A stretch of DNA of 64,000 bases from Dehalococcoidia bacterium (GCA_965207225.1 CBDBLV010000005.1:800001-864000); one strand, 5' to 3'. Counted from the stretch's first letter, positions 37,647 to 47,736 are shown. Numbers and translations are program-made. Notes: generated from the sequence alone by a model not told the origin.

Positions 37647-39149
37647 GTGATGGCGCTTCCGGCGTCGCTTTCAGTGCTGCTTTCGACGCCGCGACGGCGC
37701 CGGGTGCTGGTTGCGATGGCGGCGGGGCATATCCTGACGCAGATGTCGAGCCTGCCGGTGGCGTTGTCGGTGGCGACGCTGGCGGAGCATTTCGAGGTGG
37801 GGATCGATGAGGCGGCGTGGATTGTCATTATCTATCTTCTAGCGCTGGGGAGCGGCGCGCTGCTGGGGGCGCGGCTGGGGGACCGGTACGGGCACAGCCG
37901 GGTCTACGTGCTGGGGGTGATGGCCTCGACGCTGGGGGCGGGGTTGATCGTGGTGGCGCAGTCGCTGTGGGAGGTGATGGCGTTCAGGGCGCTTTCGGGG
38001 GTGGGGGCGGCGCTGATGATCGGGAATGCCAATGCGATCCTGGCATCCACGTTCCCGGTGAATGAGCGGGGTCGGGCATTTGCGGTGCCGATCATGGGGT
38101 CGAGGCTGGGGACGCTGTTCGGGCTGGCCAGCTTCGGGTTGTCGCTGGAGTTTGCGACCTGGCGGATAGCGTTTGCGACGTTCCTGCCGATTGGGGTCCT
38201 GGCCGTCGTATCGTCTTTCGGGTTGCTCAGGGGGCCTCAGGCGGAGTCGGAGGTGGAGGAGAGGCGGGACACGGGGCCGATAGACTTCATCGGGGCGGGG
38301 TTGATCGTGGCGTGTGCGTCGGTGCTGATCCTGTCTACGAACCACTTACACCCGGGCGAGGAGTCGTTCACGTCGCCCGATGCATTGACGTACCACCTGC
38401 CGATGCACGCGCTGTTCTTCGTGCTGCTGGGGGTGTTTGCGCTGGTGGAGCGCAAGGTGAGCAACCCGATGGTCGACTTCCGGCACTTCCAGCACAAATA
38501 CTTCACGATGTCGCTGGTGTCGAACGTGGCTTTTCACTTTTCGATGCTGGCGGCGATGACGCTGGTGCCGATACTGATGGAGGAGGGGTTCGGGCTGTCG
38601 CCGATATTCGTGACGTTCGTGCTGATACCGAACCAGAGCGTCGGGCTGGTGATGCCGATGATAGCGGGGTGGTTGTACGACAAGCACGGGTCCCGGCTGT
38701 TCCGGCCATTGGCGATGGTGACGATAGCGTCGGGGTTCCTGGCGCTGGGGCTACTGGCGCCGAACATAAGCTGGTGGATTGTGCCGTTCCTGATGCTGCC
38801 GATCACGATGGGGACGGCGATATTCAACCCGATAAATAACGCGACGGTGATGAGCGCGCTGCCGCTGGAGCACCGAGGTGTGGCGTCGGGGCTTTTGGAG
38901 ACGACTCGGGAGCTGGGGCACGCGATCGGGGCGACGGCCTCGGCGACGGCGCTTTCGATGTTCATACCGGCGTTCGTGAACGACCTGACACAGGCCGAGG
39001 CGCAGGCACACTACTTTGAGGGGTTCCGGGTTTCGACGATGATGGTGATGGGGGTGCTGCTGGCGGGAGCGGTGATTGCGTACTTCCACAAGTCGAGGCC
39101 CCGGGCGGGGGTGGTGTCGGGGGCACGGGTGGGGGCGGCTGCGGGGTAG
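37647..39149 (+). CDS. MFS transporter (DHA2-like)
   Basis: ARLGDRYG motif A; many hydrophobic segments. Confidence 0.88.
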   Translation: MMALPASLSVLLSTPRRRRVLVAMAAGHILTQMSSLPVALSVATLAEHFEVGIDEAAWIVIIYLLALGSGALLGARLGDRYGHSRVYVLGVMASTLGAGLIVVAQSLWEVMAFRALSGVGAALMIGNANAILASTFPVNERGRAFAVPIMGSRLGTLFGLASFGLSLEFATWRIAFATFLPIGVLAVVSSFGLLRGPQAESEVEERRDTGPIDFIGAGLIVACASVLILSTNHLHPGEESFTSPDALTYHLPMHALFFVLLGVFALVERKVSNPMVDFRHFQHKYFTMSLVSNVAFHFSMLAAMTLVPILMEEGFGLSPIFVTFVLIPNQSVGLVMPMIAGWLYDKHGSRLFRPLAMVTIASGFLALGLLAPNISWWIVPFLMLPITMGTAIFNPINNATVMSALPLEHRGVASGLLETTRELGHAIGATASATALSMFIPAFVNDLTQAEAQAHYFEGFRVSTMMVMGVLLAGAVIAYFHKSRPRAGVVSGARVGAAAG

Positions 39150-39278
39150 GTTGGTTCTTAGGACTATTGAAGAAGCGGGCTCGGGTCTCCGCCCGTAGGG
39201 CAGTGCGGAAGCCGCGGGGGCAGCTGCGTAGCAGCGGTAACTGACAGGTGTTACAATTCCCTTGAAGGGGATGTATCC

Positions 39279-39494
39279 ATGACTACCGTAGAACATCCAA
39301 TTACCCGTTCCGAACTCCGGGAAGAACTGAATGAGCTACGCCGCGAGTTCAGGGAACACTATGCGACTAAAGCGGACCTATCCGAGTTGAAAGCTGCCTT
39401 GCGAGGCGACCTGAACAAGGTCATCATCGGTCTAGCAAGTTTGCAACTGATTGGTCTCGGCGCCGTTGCCGCAATAATGGGATTCCTGGCATAA
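39279..39494 (+). CDS. Small coiled-coil protein with C-terminal TM helix (DUF1640-like)
   Basis: ATKADLSELK motif and hydrophobic tail. Confidence 0.6.
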   Translation: MTTVEHPITRSELREELNELRREFREHYATKADLSELKAALRGDLNKVIIGLASLQLIGLGAVAAIMGFLA

Positions 39495-39540
39495 GGCTAC
39501 GACTCGGGATAGCCACCGGGAGTCGGTGGGGAGCAGAACT

Positions 39541-40662
39541 ATGCGAGAGATATTTGAGGAAGTCGGGGGGTTGATTGAGAGGGAGAGGCCGTTTGCACTG
39601 GCGACGGTGGTGAGGACCAAGGGGTCGACGCCGCAGAAGCCGGGGTCGAAGATGCTGGTGCGGGAAGACGGTTCTTTTGCGGGGACTCTCGGGGGCGGGT
39701 GCATAGAGGCGGACGCGTACACTGCTTCCAAGCTGGCCATGGCGGAGGGCACTCCGGCAGACGTGCAAGGGTTCACCCTAAATGACGACCTGGCGGCGCA
39801 GGACGGGCTGGTGTGCGGCGGGACGATGTATATCATGATAGACCAGCCGCAGAAGGACCCGATGTTCGACCAGTACACGCAGGAGATAAACGCGGCATAC
39901 TGGGGCGAGGGCGGGGTAGCGCTGGCGATGGTTACTCAGAAGGGCGCGATGTCGGGGGAGGTGGGGACCAAGCTGCTTATAAGGGAGGACGGCTCAAGGG
40001 TTGGGTCCTTGGGGGACGATTCGCTTGACGATGCGGCGGCGGAGTTGGCGTTCAAGGCGATGGACTTCGGTCGGCAGGACTTTATATCGACTAAAGACGG
40101 GACCGAGATATATGTCGAGGCGTTCACGAGCCCGGCTACGGTGGTTTTGGTTGGGGGTGGGCATGTCTCATATGCGATCTACAAGCTGGCGACGTTCCTC
40201 GGATACCGGACGCGGGTCGTGGACGACCGGGAGCAGTTCGGTAACGCGGAGAGGTTCCCGGAGGCAGACAAGATAGTGGTTGACGAGTACGACTCGGGGA
40301 TAAGGGATGTCGGGATCACGGCGAATTCGTTCGTGGTGGTGGCGACCCGGGGACACAAATACGACGACATGGCGCTGCTGGAAGCGGCGAAGTCGCCGGC
40401 GAAGTTCATAGGGCTTCTCGGGAGCAGACGGAAGGCGCTGCTGATATTCCCGACGCTGCTGTCGTCCGGGGTGTCGTTGGAGCGGGTGAGCGAGATCAGG
40501 ACGCCGGTGGGATTGAACCTCGGGGGGCGGACGCCGGAGTCGATAGCGTTGAGCGTGATGGCGGAGATCGAGATGGTGAGGTACGGGGGTGACGGGGTGT
40601 CAATGAAGATGGATGAGAAGCTGGTGCTGAAGGCTCGAGAGAAGGCGGGGGTGTTGGCGTAA
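39541..40662 (+). CDS. XdhC/CoxI family molybdoenzyme accessory protein
   Basis: GSTPQKPG, GTLGGGCIE, ATRGH..D, PVGLNLGG.TPESIA. Confidence 0.9.
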   Translation: MREIFEEVGGLIERERPFALATVVRTKGSTPQKPGSKMLVREDGSFAGTLGGGCIEADAYTASKLAMAEGTPADVQGFTLNDDLAAQDGLVCGGTMYIMIDQPQKDPMFDQYTQEINAAYWGEGGVALAMVTQKGAMSGEVGTKLLIREDGSRVGSLGDDSLDDAAAELAFKAMDFGRQDFISTKDGTEIYVEAFTSPATVVLVGGGHVSYAIYKLATFLGYRTRVVDDREQFGNAERFPEADKIVVDEYDSGIRDVGITANSFVVVATRGHKYDDMALLEAAKSPAKFIGLLGSRRKALLIFPTLLSSGVSLERVSEIRTPVGLNLGGRTPESIALSVMAEIEMVRYGGDGVSMKMDEKLVLKAREKAGVLA

Positions 40663-40727
40663 GGGTTCGTTTTGCAGGGCGTCCTTGCGCTGCGCGGGTC
40701 TGCTTACCTGAGTTTGGGCAACAGGCT

Positions 40728-40768
40728 TCACCCTCACCCTAGCCCTCTCCCATCAAGGGAGAGGGGAC
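40728..40768. repeat. TCACCCTCACCCT..GGGAGAGGGGAC palindromic repeat
   Basis: Near-identical copy at 44751-44791. Confidence 0.8.
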
Positions 40769-40805
40769 TGAACTCCCCACCCCAAGTTCCTCGCGGGGCT
40801 TCTGA

Positions 40806-41441
40806 ATGACGTTGTTTTCAGGCGGGATTTGGGGGGTGTTGCTGGCGGCGGGGCTTTCTACGCGAATGGGTGAACCCAAGGCATTGCTGCCGTGGATGGG
40901 GTCGACGATGGTGGAGTATCAGTTGGAGCAGTTGGGGGCGTCTCGGGTGGAGGGGGTGGTGGTTGTGCTGGGGCATGAGGCGGAGTCGGTGATGGGTCGG
41001 GTGACGGGATGGAGGGGGGTGAAGGTTGTGGTGAACCGGGAGTATGAGAGGGGTAGGGCGTCTTCTGTGGTGGCGGGGGTGAGCGCAGTACCAACTGAAG
41101 CCACGGGCATTCTGATATTGAACGTGGACCAGCCTCGGCCCTCGTGGCTGATTAATGAGGTGGTGGAAGGTCATTTCGAGGAAGAAGCTCGGATTACGAT
41201 ACCGGTGCACGGGGGTCGGAGGGGGCATCCGACGGTGTTCGACGGGAGCCTGAGGGAGGAGATGCTGGGGATCACGGAGGAGGGGCTGGGGTTGAAGGAG
41301 GTGGGGAGAAGGGACAGGGGTAGGGTGGGATATGTAGAGGTTTCGTCGTCGCTGGTCTACCTGGACATGAATACGCCGGAGGAGTACCGGGAGGGGCTGG
41401 GCCGGGTGGGGGAGTTTGCGGGGCGGGAGTGTGGTCTATGA
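40806..41441 (+). CDS. Molybdenum cofactor nucleotidyltransferase (MocA-like NTP transferase)
   Basis: LAAGLSTRMG.PKALL, DQP, GHP, DMNTPEEY; next to XdhC. Confidence 0.85.
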   Translation: MTLFSGGIWGVLLAAGLSTRMGEPKALLPWMGSTMVEYQLEQLGASRVEGVVVVLGHEAESVMGRVTGWRGVKVVVNREYERGRASSVVAGVSAVPTEATGILILNVDQPRPSWLINEVVEGHFEEEARITIPVHGGRRGHPTVFDGSLREEMLGITEEGLGLKEVGRRDRGRVGYVEVSSSLVYLDMNTPEEYREGLGRVGEFAGRECGL

Positions 41442-42014
41442 ACAGTGCTTAACGAATGCTTCTTCAAATCCAGCTAGGCCAAAAGTAGCCTGGTTACCTC
41501 CATGGGCGATTTCAAGTTGTTCGTTCTTTGGAAATTCCCGTATGAAATCTTGAGTATTTAGTCGATCTTCAGTAGAGACTGTCCTGAATAGAGGTTCTTG
41601 TCGAACAACCCTTTTCCGAGAAATGATGCTTCCATACCATTCGAATGAGTAAGTCTTGACCTCGTTGTCCTTACCAAATCTTTCGGTTGTGTTGACGGTT
41701 TCTAGGCTACCGAGTAATAGTGCGTTGGGCCAATCAATCGCTGCAAAGTCTAGATCACAGCTTGCAAATAGGACTGCATCGTCATCTTTGGCCTTTACTG
41801 CAACACCAGGAAAATCGATCGTCGAATCGATATCTAATTGTGCAGGCCTACTATCAGAAAACCATCGCTGTTTGGATTGAGTGGGCTTAATAGGCTCAGG
41901 GTCAGCGTTAGATTCTGGGGAATCCCCATCAGTAGGAACCTGCACACCGAACTCGCAGGCAATCAATGTTGTGGTTATCAAAGCGATGCTTAGCAGGGCT
42001 ATTTTGACGTTCAT
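41436..42014 (-). CDS. Putative lipoprotein, AT-richer islet
   Basis: MNVKIALLSIALITTTLIAC lipobox. Confidence 0.65.
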   Translation of the reverse strand: MNVKIALLSIALITTTLIACEFGVQVPTDGDSPESNADPEPIKPTQSKQRWFSDSRPAQLDIDSTIDFPGVAVKAKDDDAVLFASCDLDFAAIDWPNALLLGSLETVNTTERFGKDNEVKTYSFEWYGSIISRKRVVRQEPLFRTVSTEDRLNTQDFIREFPKNEQLEIAHGGNQATFGLAGFEEAFVKHCS

Positions 42015-42192
42015 GTTTAGTATGCCCGCGGTTAAATGCTGAGCTAGTCTCTTTGGGTTACCGTCGCACGATTTACACCATCCTGTAAAGTGTTGTCCTG
42101 GTTGAGAGGCTGGTGAATATATTGAGAACAATCATCTCGGAGTTTACGACTGGATTTCTACAAGCATCGGCACCGCGGTCCTTAATATCGGA

Positions 42193-42675
42193 ATGGGGAT
42201 TAAGATGGTAACTTGGCTAGCAACACCTTGGATAACAGTGGGGATACCTGCGATCATAACAGTGATAATCACGTTTTTTGTGTTCTATCCTCGCCGATAT
42301 GGCGACGACCGGAGAGCTTACGTAATTGTATGGCTTCAAATAGTGATATTGCTTGCTGCGCTAGCGGTTGTCGTACAAGAGTGGGACAAGGGGAAATTAG
42401 CTCCGGAAGAGATAGTAGGAGTGGCTGCTGCATTATGCTTTATGATCCGCGGAAGGTACGCCGCCGCTTGTTTTATGGGCATTGCCGTAGGCCTTGGGGT
42501 GCTGCACAGAATCGGGCTTGCTGATGTCGAGCGCAGTCCAATGATGATCGCAGTTATTGTCATAGTTATCATGATAACAGAGGAGGCGGAAAAGCTATCT
42601 AGCAGAAAACGTAAGATACAAGCCCACGATGGCAACAACGCGTGGGAGCAGTGCAACGTCAAAGTTGATAGATAG
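42193..42675 (+). CDS. Hypothetical membrane protein
   Basis: Several hydrophobic helices; AT-richer islet. Confidence 0.6.
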   Translation: MGIKMVTWLATPWITVGIPAIITVIITFFVFYPRRYGDDRRAYVIVWLQIVILLAALAVVVQEWDKGKLAPEEIVGVAAALCFMIRGRYAAACFMGIAVGLGVLHRIGLADVERSPMMIAVIVIVIMITEEAEKLSSRKRKIQAHDGNNAWEQCNVKVDR

Positions 42676-42876
42676 CCCGCCATTCTCGCCTCGCACTTCT
42701 TCTGCTCGACAAGGTATGGGATCGGGCCTGTGCCACGCGCGTTTCGCCGACGGGAAAACTGCACTAAGGACTAGTGGAAAGGGTGCAGGAGAATCGAGGT
42801 AAAGGCCCCAATCCCACGTTCGGCGTCGCGGACTCCCTGATAAGTCAGGGGAGGGTTTAGGGAAGGGAAGTCGGGT

Positions 42877-43005
42877 CTAACCGCCCGACTTGAAAATGTC
42901 GCCGAGCTTAGACAGGAGAATCAGGACTCCCACGGAGACGAGCAGGGCACCTATACCTACGGCCAAGCCGGAGAATGAGGAGATCAGTTCCGCGGTTTCC
43001 GACAT
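42877..43005 (-). CDS. Small single-TM peptide (42 aa), paralog of 43122-43268
   Basis: GGAGG RBS, MSETAELISSFSGLAVGIGALLVSVGVLILLSKLGDIFKSGG; below ORF-track cutoff. Confidence 0.72.
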   Translation of the reverse strand: MSETAELISSFSGLAVGIGALLVSVGVLILLSKLGDIFKSGG

Positions 43006-43121
43006 TACACACCTCCCAGGGCAAAGCCCTGATAACTAACACACCCGGACTCGGAAAGGGCAGTGCGAACGTATCACACTCTGGCGCTAAAATCAATAGG
43101 TGGGCCAGTCCGGGAAAGCGG

Positions 43122-43268
43122 TTAGTCGGAGTCGTCTCCGCCGGGCATCGATTCCAAGACTTTCTTAACCTTTAGCACGAGGTAGAGGACCCCTAAGGAT
43201 ACGAGCAGCGCCGCCACCGCAACTGTCAGACCAGAGAATGCCGTAACCAAAAATGCAATATCTTCCAT
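43122..43268 (-). CDS. Small single-TM peptide (48 aa)
   Basis: GGAG RBS, MEDIAFLVTAFSGLTVAVAALLVSLGVLYLVLKVKK.. Confidence 0.72.
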   Translation of the reverse strand: MEDIAFLVTAFSGLTVAVAALLVSLGVLYLVLKVKKVLESMPGGDDSD

Positions 43269-43455
43269 TCCATAACTCCCGAGGTTGCATCCTCTTATGG
43301 CCGCTTCCGCCACTAACAATGCCCTAAGGACGGGTTTCACTATAACATGTCCGGCAGTCCACGTAACGAGACGCGACCTTGCTTGACAAGGTATGGGGTC
43401 GGGCCTATGTTACGCGCATTCTCAGAGTGCAGATTTCACAGGAGGTAGTCGGCCA

Positions 43456-44658
43456 ATGATGGCGTTGGAAGGCCTTCGAATAATCGACATGACGATATGG
43501 CAGCACGGGCCGGTCTCGACGGCGATGCTGGCGGATATGGGCGCCGAAGTCATAAAGGTGGAGGAGCGGCGGTCGGGGGATCCGGGAAGGTACCTTGCGA
43601 CGTGGAACTTCGGCAATAACGGAGGCAATGACCTTAACTACTACTTTGAGAACAACAACCGCAACAAAAAGAGCCTGGCGCTAGACCTGAAGACTGCCGA
43701 GGGAAAAGAGATCCTGAAGCGGCTAATCAAGAAGTCGGATGCGTTCGTGTCGAACTTCCGGGAGGCTTCATTAAAGAGGTTGGGGTTCGACTATGAGTCG
43801 GTGCACGAGATGAACCCGAAGCTGGTGTACTCGGCGGGATACGGGTTTGGGCCGAAAGGGCCGGACTCGGCGAGACCTTCGGCGGACCTGGCGGCGCAGG
43901 CCCGGGGTGGGATCATGAGCCAGATCCAGAAATCGGCGCCGATGCAAGTATGGGGCGGGATGGCTGACCAGACGGGGGCGTTCATGCTGTGCCTCGGCAC
44001 GACGATGGGCTTGTTGACAAGGGAGAGGACAGGGATAGGGCAGAAGGTAGAGGAGTCGTTGTTCGGGACGCAGCTGGCGGTAGGTGCGCTAATGGCGCAG
44101 GGGACGCTGTTCTCCGGGCAGGTGCCGGGGGAATACACGCGCCGGGCGCTGAGCCCGTTCTGGAACGTGTACAAGACGAAAGACGAGAAGTGGTTGTGCT
44201 TGTCGGTGCTGGACATGGAGCGGGACTGGGAGGCGACGTGCCGGGCGCTGGACTTGGAGTGGATGATGGAAGACCCGAGGTTTGTGTCGGGGCAGGACAG
44301 GGTGTTCAAGCACAGCGATACCCTGATAGGCATCCTGGAAGAGAGGTTTGCAGAGAAGACGAGGGAGGAGTGGACGAAGATCCTCGACGCTACAGACGTG
44401 CTGTGGGCGCCCGTGCAGAACTACATGGAGGCGCTATCGGACGAGCAGACGATTGCGAACGAGTACGTGGTGGAGATCGACCACCCAAATGCGGGGAAGG
44501 TGAAAATGCTGGGGCTGCCGATCCAGTTCAGCGAGACACCAGGGAAGGTGAGGAGCGGTGCGCCGGAGCTGGGACAGCATACGGAAGAGGTGTTGACGGA
44601 GGTGCTGGGATATTCGTGGGACGAGGTGGTTGGGTTGAAGGACAAGCAGGTTATCTAG
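43456..44658 (+). CDS. CoA transferase family III (CaiB/BaiF)
   Basis: LADMGAEVIKVE, NRNKKS, APELGQHT; GGAGG RBS. Confidence 0.92.
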   Translation: MMALEGLRIIDMTIWQHGPVSTAMLADMGAEVIKVEERRSGDPGRYLATWNFGNNGGNDLNYYFENNNRNKKSLALDLKTAEGKEILKRLIKKSDAFVSNFREASLKRLGFDYESVHEMNPKLVYSAGYGFGPKGPDSARPSADLAAQARGGIMSQIQKSAPMQVWGGMADQTGAFMLCLGTTMGLLTRERTGIGQKVEESLFGTQLAVGALMAQGTLFSGQVPGEYTRRALSPFWNVYKTKDEKWLCLSVLDMERDWEATCRALDLEWMMEDPRFVSGQDRVFKHSDTLIGILEERFAEKTREEWTKILDATDVLWAPVQNYMEALSDEQTIANEYVVEIDHPNAGKVKMLGLPIQFSETPGKVRSGAPELGQHTEEVLTEVLGYSWDEVVGLKDKQVI

Positions 44659-44839
44659 GGTCGGGAGAGCCGGCATGACCATCCTACCCACCCAGGGCAG
44701 CCACAAGGGTTTGCCTCTACGCGGGAGGGAGGACGTCCCACTCCTAAGAATCACCCTCACCCTAACCCTCTCCACTCAAGGGAGAGGGGACCGGACACCT
44801 CGCGAGGCCTCGGAATTGCAGGAATGAGAAGGTTGTTTA

Positions 44840-46042
44840 ATGGTTGACGGTAGCTACAAGTACATTGTGATTGGGAAGGGGATGATTGGGTCGGGGGTGG
44901 CGCGGCATTTGGCGGAGCGGACGGACGGAGTGGCGCTAATAGGGCCGGACGAGCCGCGGGACAAGGCGAGCCACGACGGGGTGTTTGCGGACCACTACGA
45001 TGAGGGTCGGATAACGCGGATCCTGGACCCCCACATTGTCTGGGCTAAGCTGGCGCGGGAGTCGATCAGGCGGTACCGGGAGATGGAGGAACGGTCGGGG
45101 ATTTCGTTTTATCACGAGGTGGGACAGCTATCGGTGGGGCCGATGGACAGGGCAGTGTCGGAATACGTGCCCGACTCCCTCCAGGTGATGGTCGACCTGA
45201 AGGAGCACTTTCAAAAGCTGGAGGCGAAGGAGCTAGCGGCACGGTTTCCAAAGCTGAACTTCGAGCCGCAGTGCACGGGGCTGTACCAGTCCATCGATGC
45301 GGGGCATATCAGCGCGCGGGGGATAGTGGAGGCGGAGGTGGCCCTGGCAAAGATAGATGGGGCGGAAGTCATAAGCGAGGAAGCGGTATCGGTGGAGAGC
45401 GGGTCGGGCGGGGTGGAGGTGAGGACGTCGGGGGGAGGGGTGTACAGGGCCGAGAAGGTGATGGTGGCGACGGGGGCGTTCACGCGGGACTCGGGGCTTG
45501 TGCCGAGGGCGCTGGAGGTGGACGTGCTGGCTGCGAACGTGATTTACATAGAGCTAACGAAATCGGAGGCGGCGGACCTCATAGATTTGCCGAGCATGAT
45601 CTACATGACGGGCCGGGAGAACGACAGCTGCTACATAGTGCCGCCGGTGCAGTACAGGGACGGGAAGTACCGGATGAAGATAGGGGGGTCGGAGGACCAC
45701 GAGAGTCTCGGGAGCATGGAGGAGATAAAGGGGTGGTTCCGGGGGTCGGGGGACCCGGCGGAGCGGGACAGGCTCTGGGCGAAGATCAGGGATGCGATTC
45801 CGTACCTGCAGTCGCTGCCGGACGATAGGGTGACGCTGGATACGTGTGCGGTAAGCAAGACGCCCAGCGGAATGCCGTACATAGACATGGTTGACGACCG
45901 GGTCGGGGTGGCGACGGGGGGGAACGGGCTGGCGGCGAAGTCGGGGGACGAGATTGGCCGGTTGGGGGCGTTGACTTTGCTGGGTGGGGAGTGGGAGTCG
46001 GACTTGGATGCGGGGTTGTTTCGGGTTGGGGTACGGGTGTAA
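44840..46042 (+). CDS. FAD-dependent oxidoreductase (sarcosine oxidase/DAO-like)
   Basis: VIGKGMIG, GGNGLAAKS..IG. Confidence 0.85.
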   Translation: MVDGSYKYIVIGKGMIGSGVARHLAERTDGVALIGPDEPRDKASHDGVFADHYDEGRITRILDPHIVWAKLARESIRRYREMEERSGISFYHEVGQLSVGPMDRAVSEYVPDSLQVMVDLKEHFQKLEAKELAARFPKLNFEPQCTGLYQSIDAGHISARGIVEAEVALAKIDGAEVISEEAVSVESGSGGVEVRTSGGGVYRAEKVMVATGAFTRDSGLVPRALEVDVLAANVIYIELTKSEAADLIDLPSMIYMTGRENDSCYIVPPVQYRDGKYRMKIGGSEDHESLGSMEEIKGWFRGSGDPAERDRLWAKIRDAIPYLQSLPDDRVTLDTCAVSKTPSGMPYIDMVDDRVGVATGGNGLAAKSGDEIGRLGALTLLGGEWESDLDAGLFRVGVRV

Positions 46043-46372
46043 GCGCGTTCCCGCCGATTAACCATACGCGTACCTCCTCCGCTCGACCCTTCGACTCCGC
46101 TCATGGTGAGCAGCCCCGCGCCTCGGGTGAGGGTGATCCCAGGGTGAGGGCTGGGCATCCTGTCCTGTTCCCTCCCTGGGAAAGGCATATCCAAAATGCA
46201 GTGTATTTTTGATATGTCACTTTTTTCTTGGGGGTGAGGACCGCTCACCCACCAGGAGAAAAGCTCCCACTAATCAATCAAATCCATGCCTGAAAATGCA
46301 AAACAATCAAAAGTCGCCCCCCCTGTGCTATAGTCGCCCTGCCCATCAACCGGACGCAAAGCGAATGACTCC

Positions 46373-47002
46373 ATGACCACACCCCTCTCCGTAACCATCT
46401 ACTCCGACTACATATGACCCTGGTGCTACATCACGTCGGTGCGGCTGGACAAGGTCAAATCTGAACTCGGGCCCCGGGTCGACTTCCAATGGAGGAGCTA
46501 CGCCCTCCTCATGGGCCGCGCCGACTCCCGCCTCGTCACCCCCCACAGCCGAACCTCCCGCGCCGCCGCCGCAGAAGCCGAACCCCAAGCCCGCTTCGAG
46601 CCCTGGGCCCCGGACAAGGCCTACATCTCCTCCAGCCTGCCCGCCCTCGAAGCCGCCAAGTGTGCCGCCCTCCAGGGCCCCGACGCCTTCCAGGCCTACC
46701 ACACCGCCCTCTTCCGAGCCATGTTCGTAGACAGCATCGACATCAGCGACTACAACGAGCTAACTTCCCTCGCCGCCCGGGAAGGCCTGGACCCCGACCG
46801 CTTTCGCCGTGACCTCGAAGGTGGACAGCAAAAGGTGACCGTCATTGGAGAGCACCTGGAAATGGTCATGGAGCACGGCGAAGCTCCCTCTGGCCTGCCC
46901 CTCGTCCTCATCCAGGGCCGCGACCCCATTGTCGGCGCCGCCCCCGCCGACCTCTACGTCAGGATACTCGAACGAGCCCTAGCCAGGCAGAAAGCAGGCT
47001 GA
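46373..47002 (+). CDS. FrnE-type DsbA family protein, probable selenoprotein (Sec at TGA 46415-46417, UPWC)
   Basis: MTTPLSVTIYSDYI-TGA-PWCY in frame with ORF 46439-47002; matches family motif SDxxCPWCY. Confidence 0.88.
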
Positions 47003-47008
47003 CCCCCC

Positions 47009-47317
47009 ATGGCAGTGATGAGGCTCACAGCCTTCACCCCCAAACCCGGCAACGAGGAGCGTGTCACAAACCTCCTCGAAGCTCTCGACACCGCCTTCTC
47101 ACTCCAGCAGGGCTACGTCCTCGGCCTCCGCTTTACCGGTCAGGCCGGATCACCGGAGATCGGCCGCATCTTCGTATGGGAGTCCCCCGAACTCGCCGAC
47201 GCCGCAGAGACCTCCCCCGAGGCCTCTCCCCTCTCCCGTCGCATCGAAGCCCTCTCCGAAGACTCGCGACTGGACCGCAGCTTCGACCTCCAGGGATACG
47301 CCTTGCGCCCCGGCTAG
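47009..47317 (+). CDS. Antibiotic biosynthesis monooxygenase-like (dimeric alpha/beta barrel) protein
   Basis: PKPGNEE..GY..VWES pattern, 102 aa. Confidence 0.6.
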   Translation: MAVMRLTAFTPKPGNEERVTNLLEALDTAFSLQQGYVLGLRFTGQAGSPEIGRIFVWESPELADAAETSPEASPLSRRIEALSEDSRLDRSFDLQGYALRPG

Positions 47318-47736
47318 TCAGGCAGAACAGCGATCACGTCGACTTCCAGCAGCAAATCGGGCCTGGCCAGCCCTGCCACCACAATCGAGGTTACCGCCCG
47401 GGGCCTGACCTCGCCCAGCGCCGCCTTCCGGGCCCGGCTCATCCCTGCAAAGTTATCCTGTCCAACCACGAACTGGAAAACCTTCACTATGTCGTCCATG
47501 CTCGCCCCGACGTAGGACAGAATGGTCTCGATGTGTCTCCAGATTGCCAAGCCCTGGGCTTCCACGTCGCTTCCGCCCTCGGCTTCACCGTCAATGCCCC
47601 GCGCTGTCTGCCCCGAGATGTGGATCGTGTTCCCGACCCTTATCGCATGGCTGATCTTCTGGTGCTCCGGGAATGACCAGATTCCCGGCACCTTGTAGCT
47701 GGCCCAATGCTTCTTGCCGGTCTGAGTCATAGTCAT
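47314..47736 (-). CDS. RidA/YjgF family protein
   Basis: ISGQTA, LLEVDV; start overlaps upstream stop. Confidence 0.85.
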   Translation of the reverse strand: MTMTQTGKKHWASYKVPGIWSFPEHQKISHAIRVGNTIHISGQTARGIDGEAEGGSDVEAQGLAIWRHIETILSYVGASMDDIVKVFQFVVGQDNFAGMSRARKAALGEVRPRAVTSIVVAGLARPDLLLEVDVIAVLPD

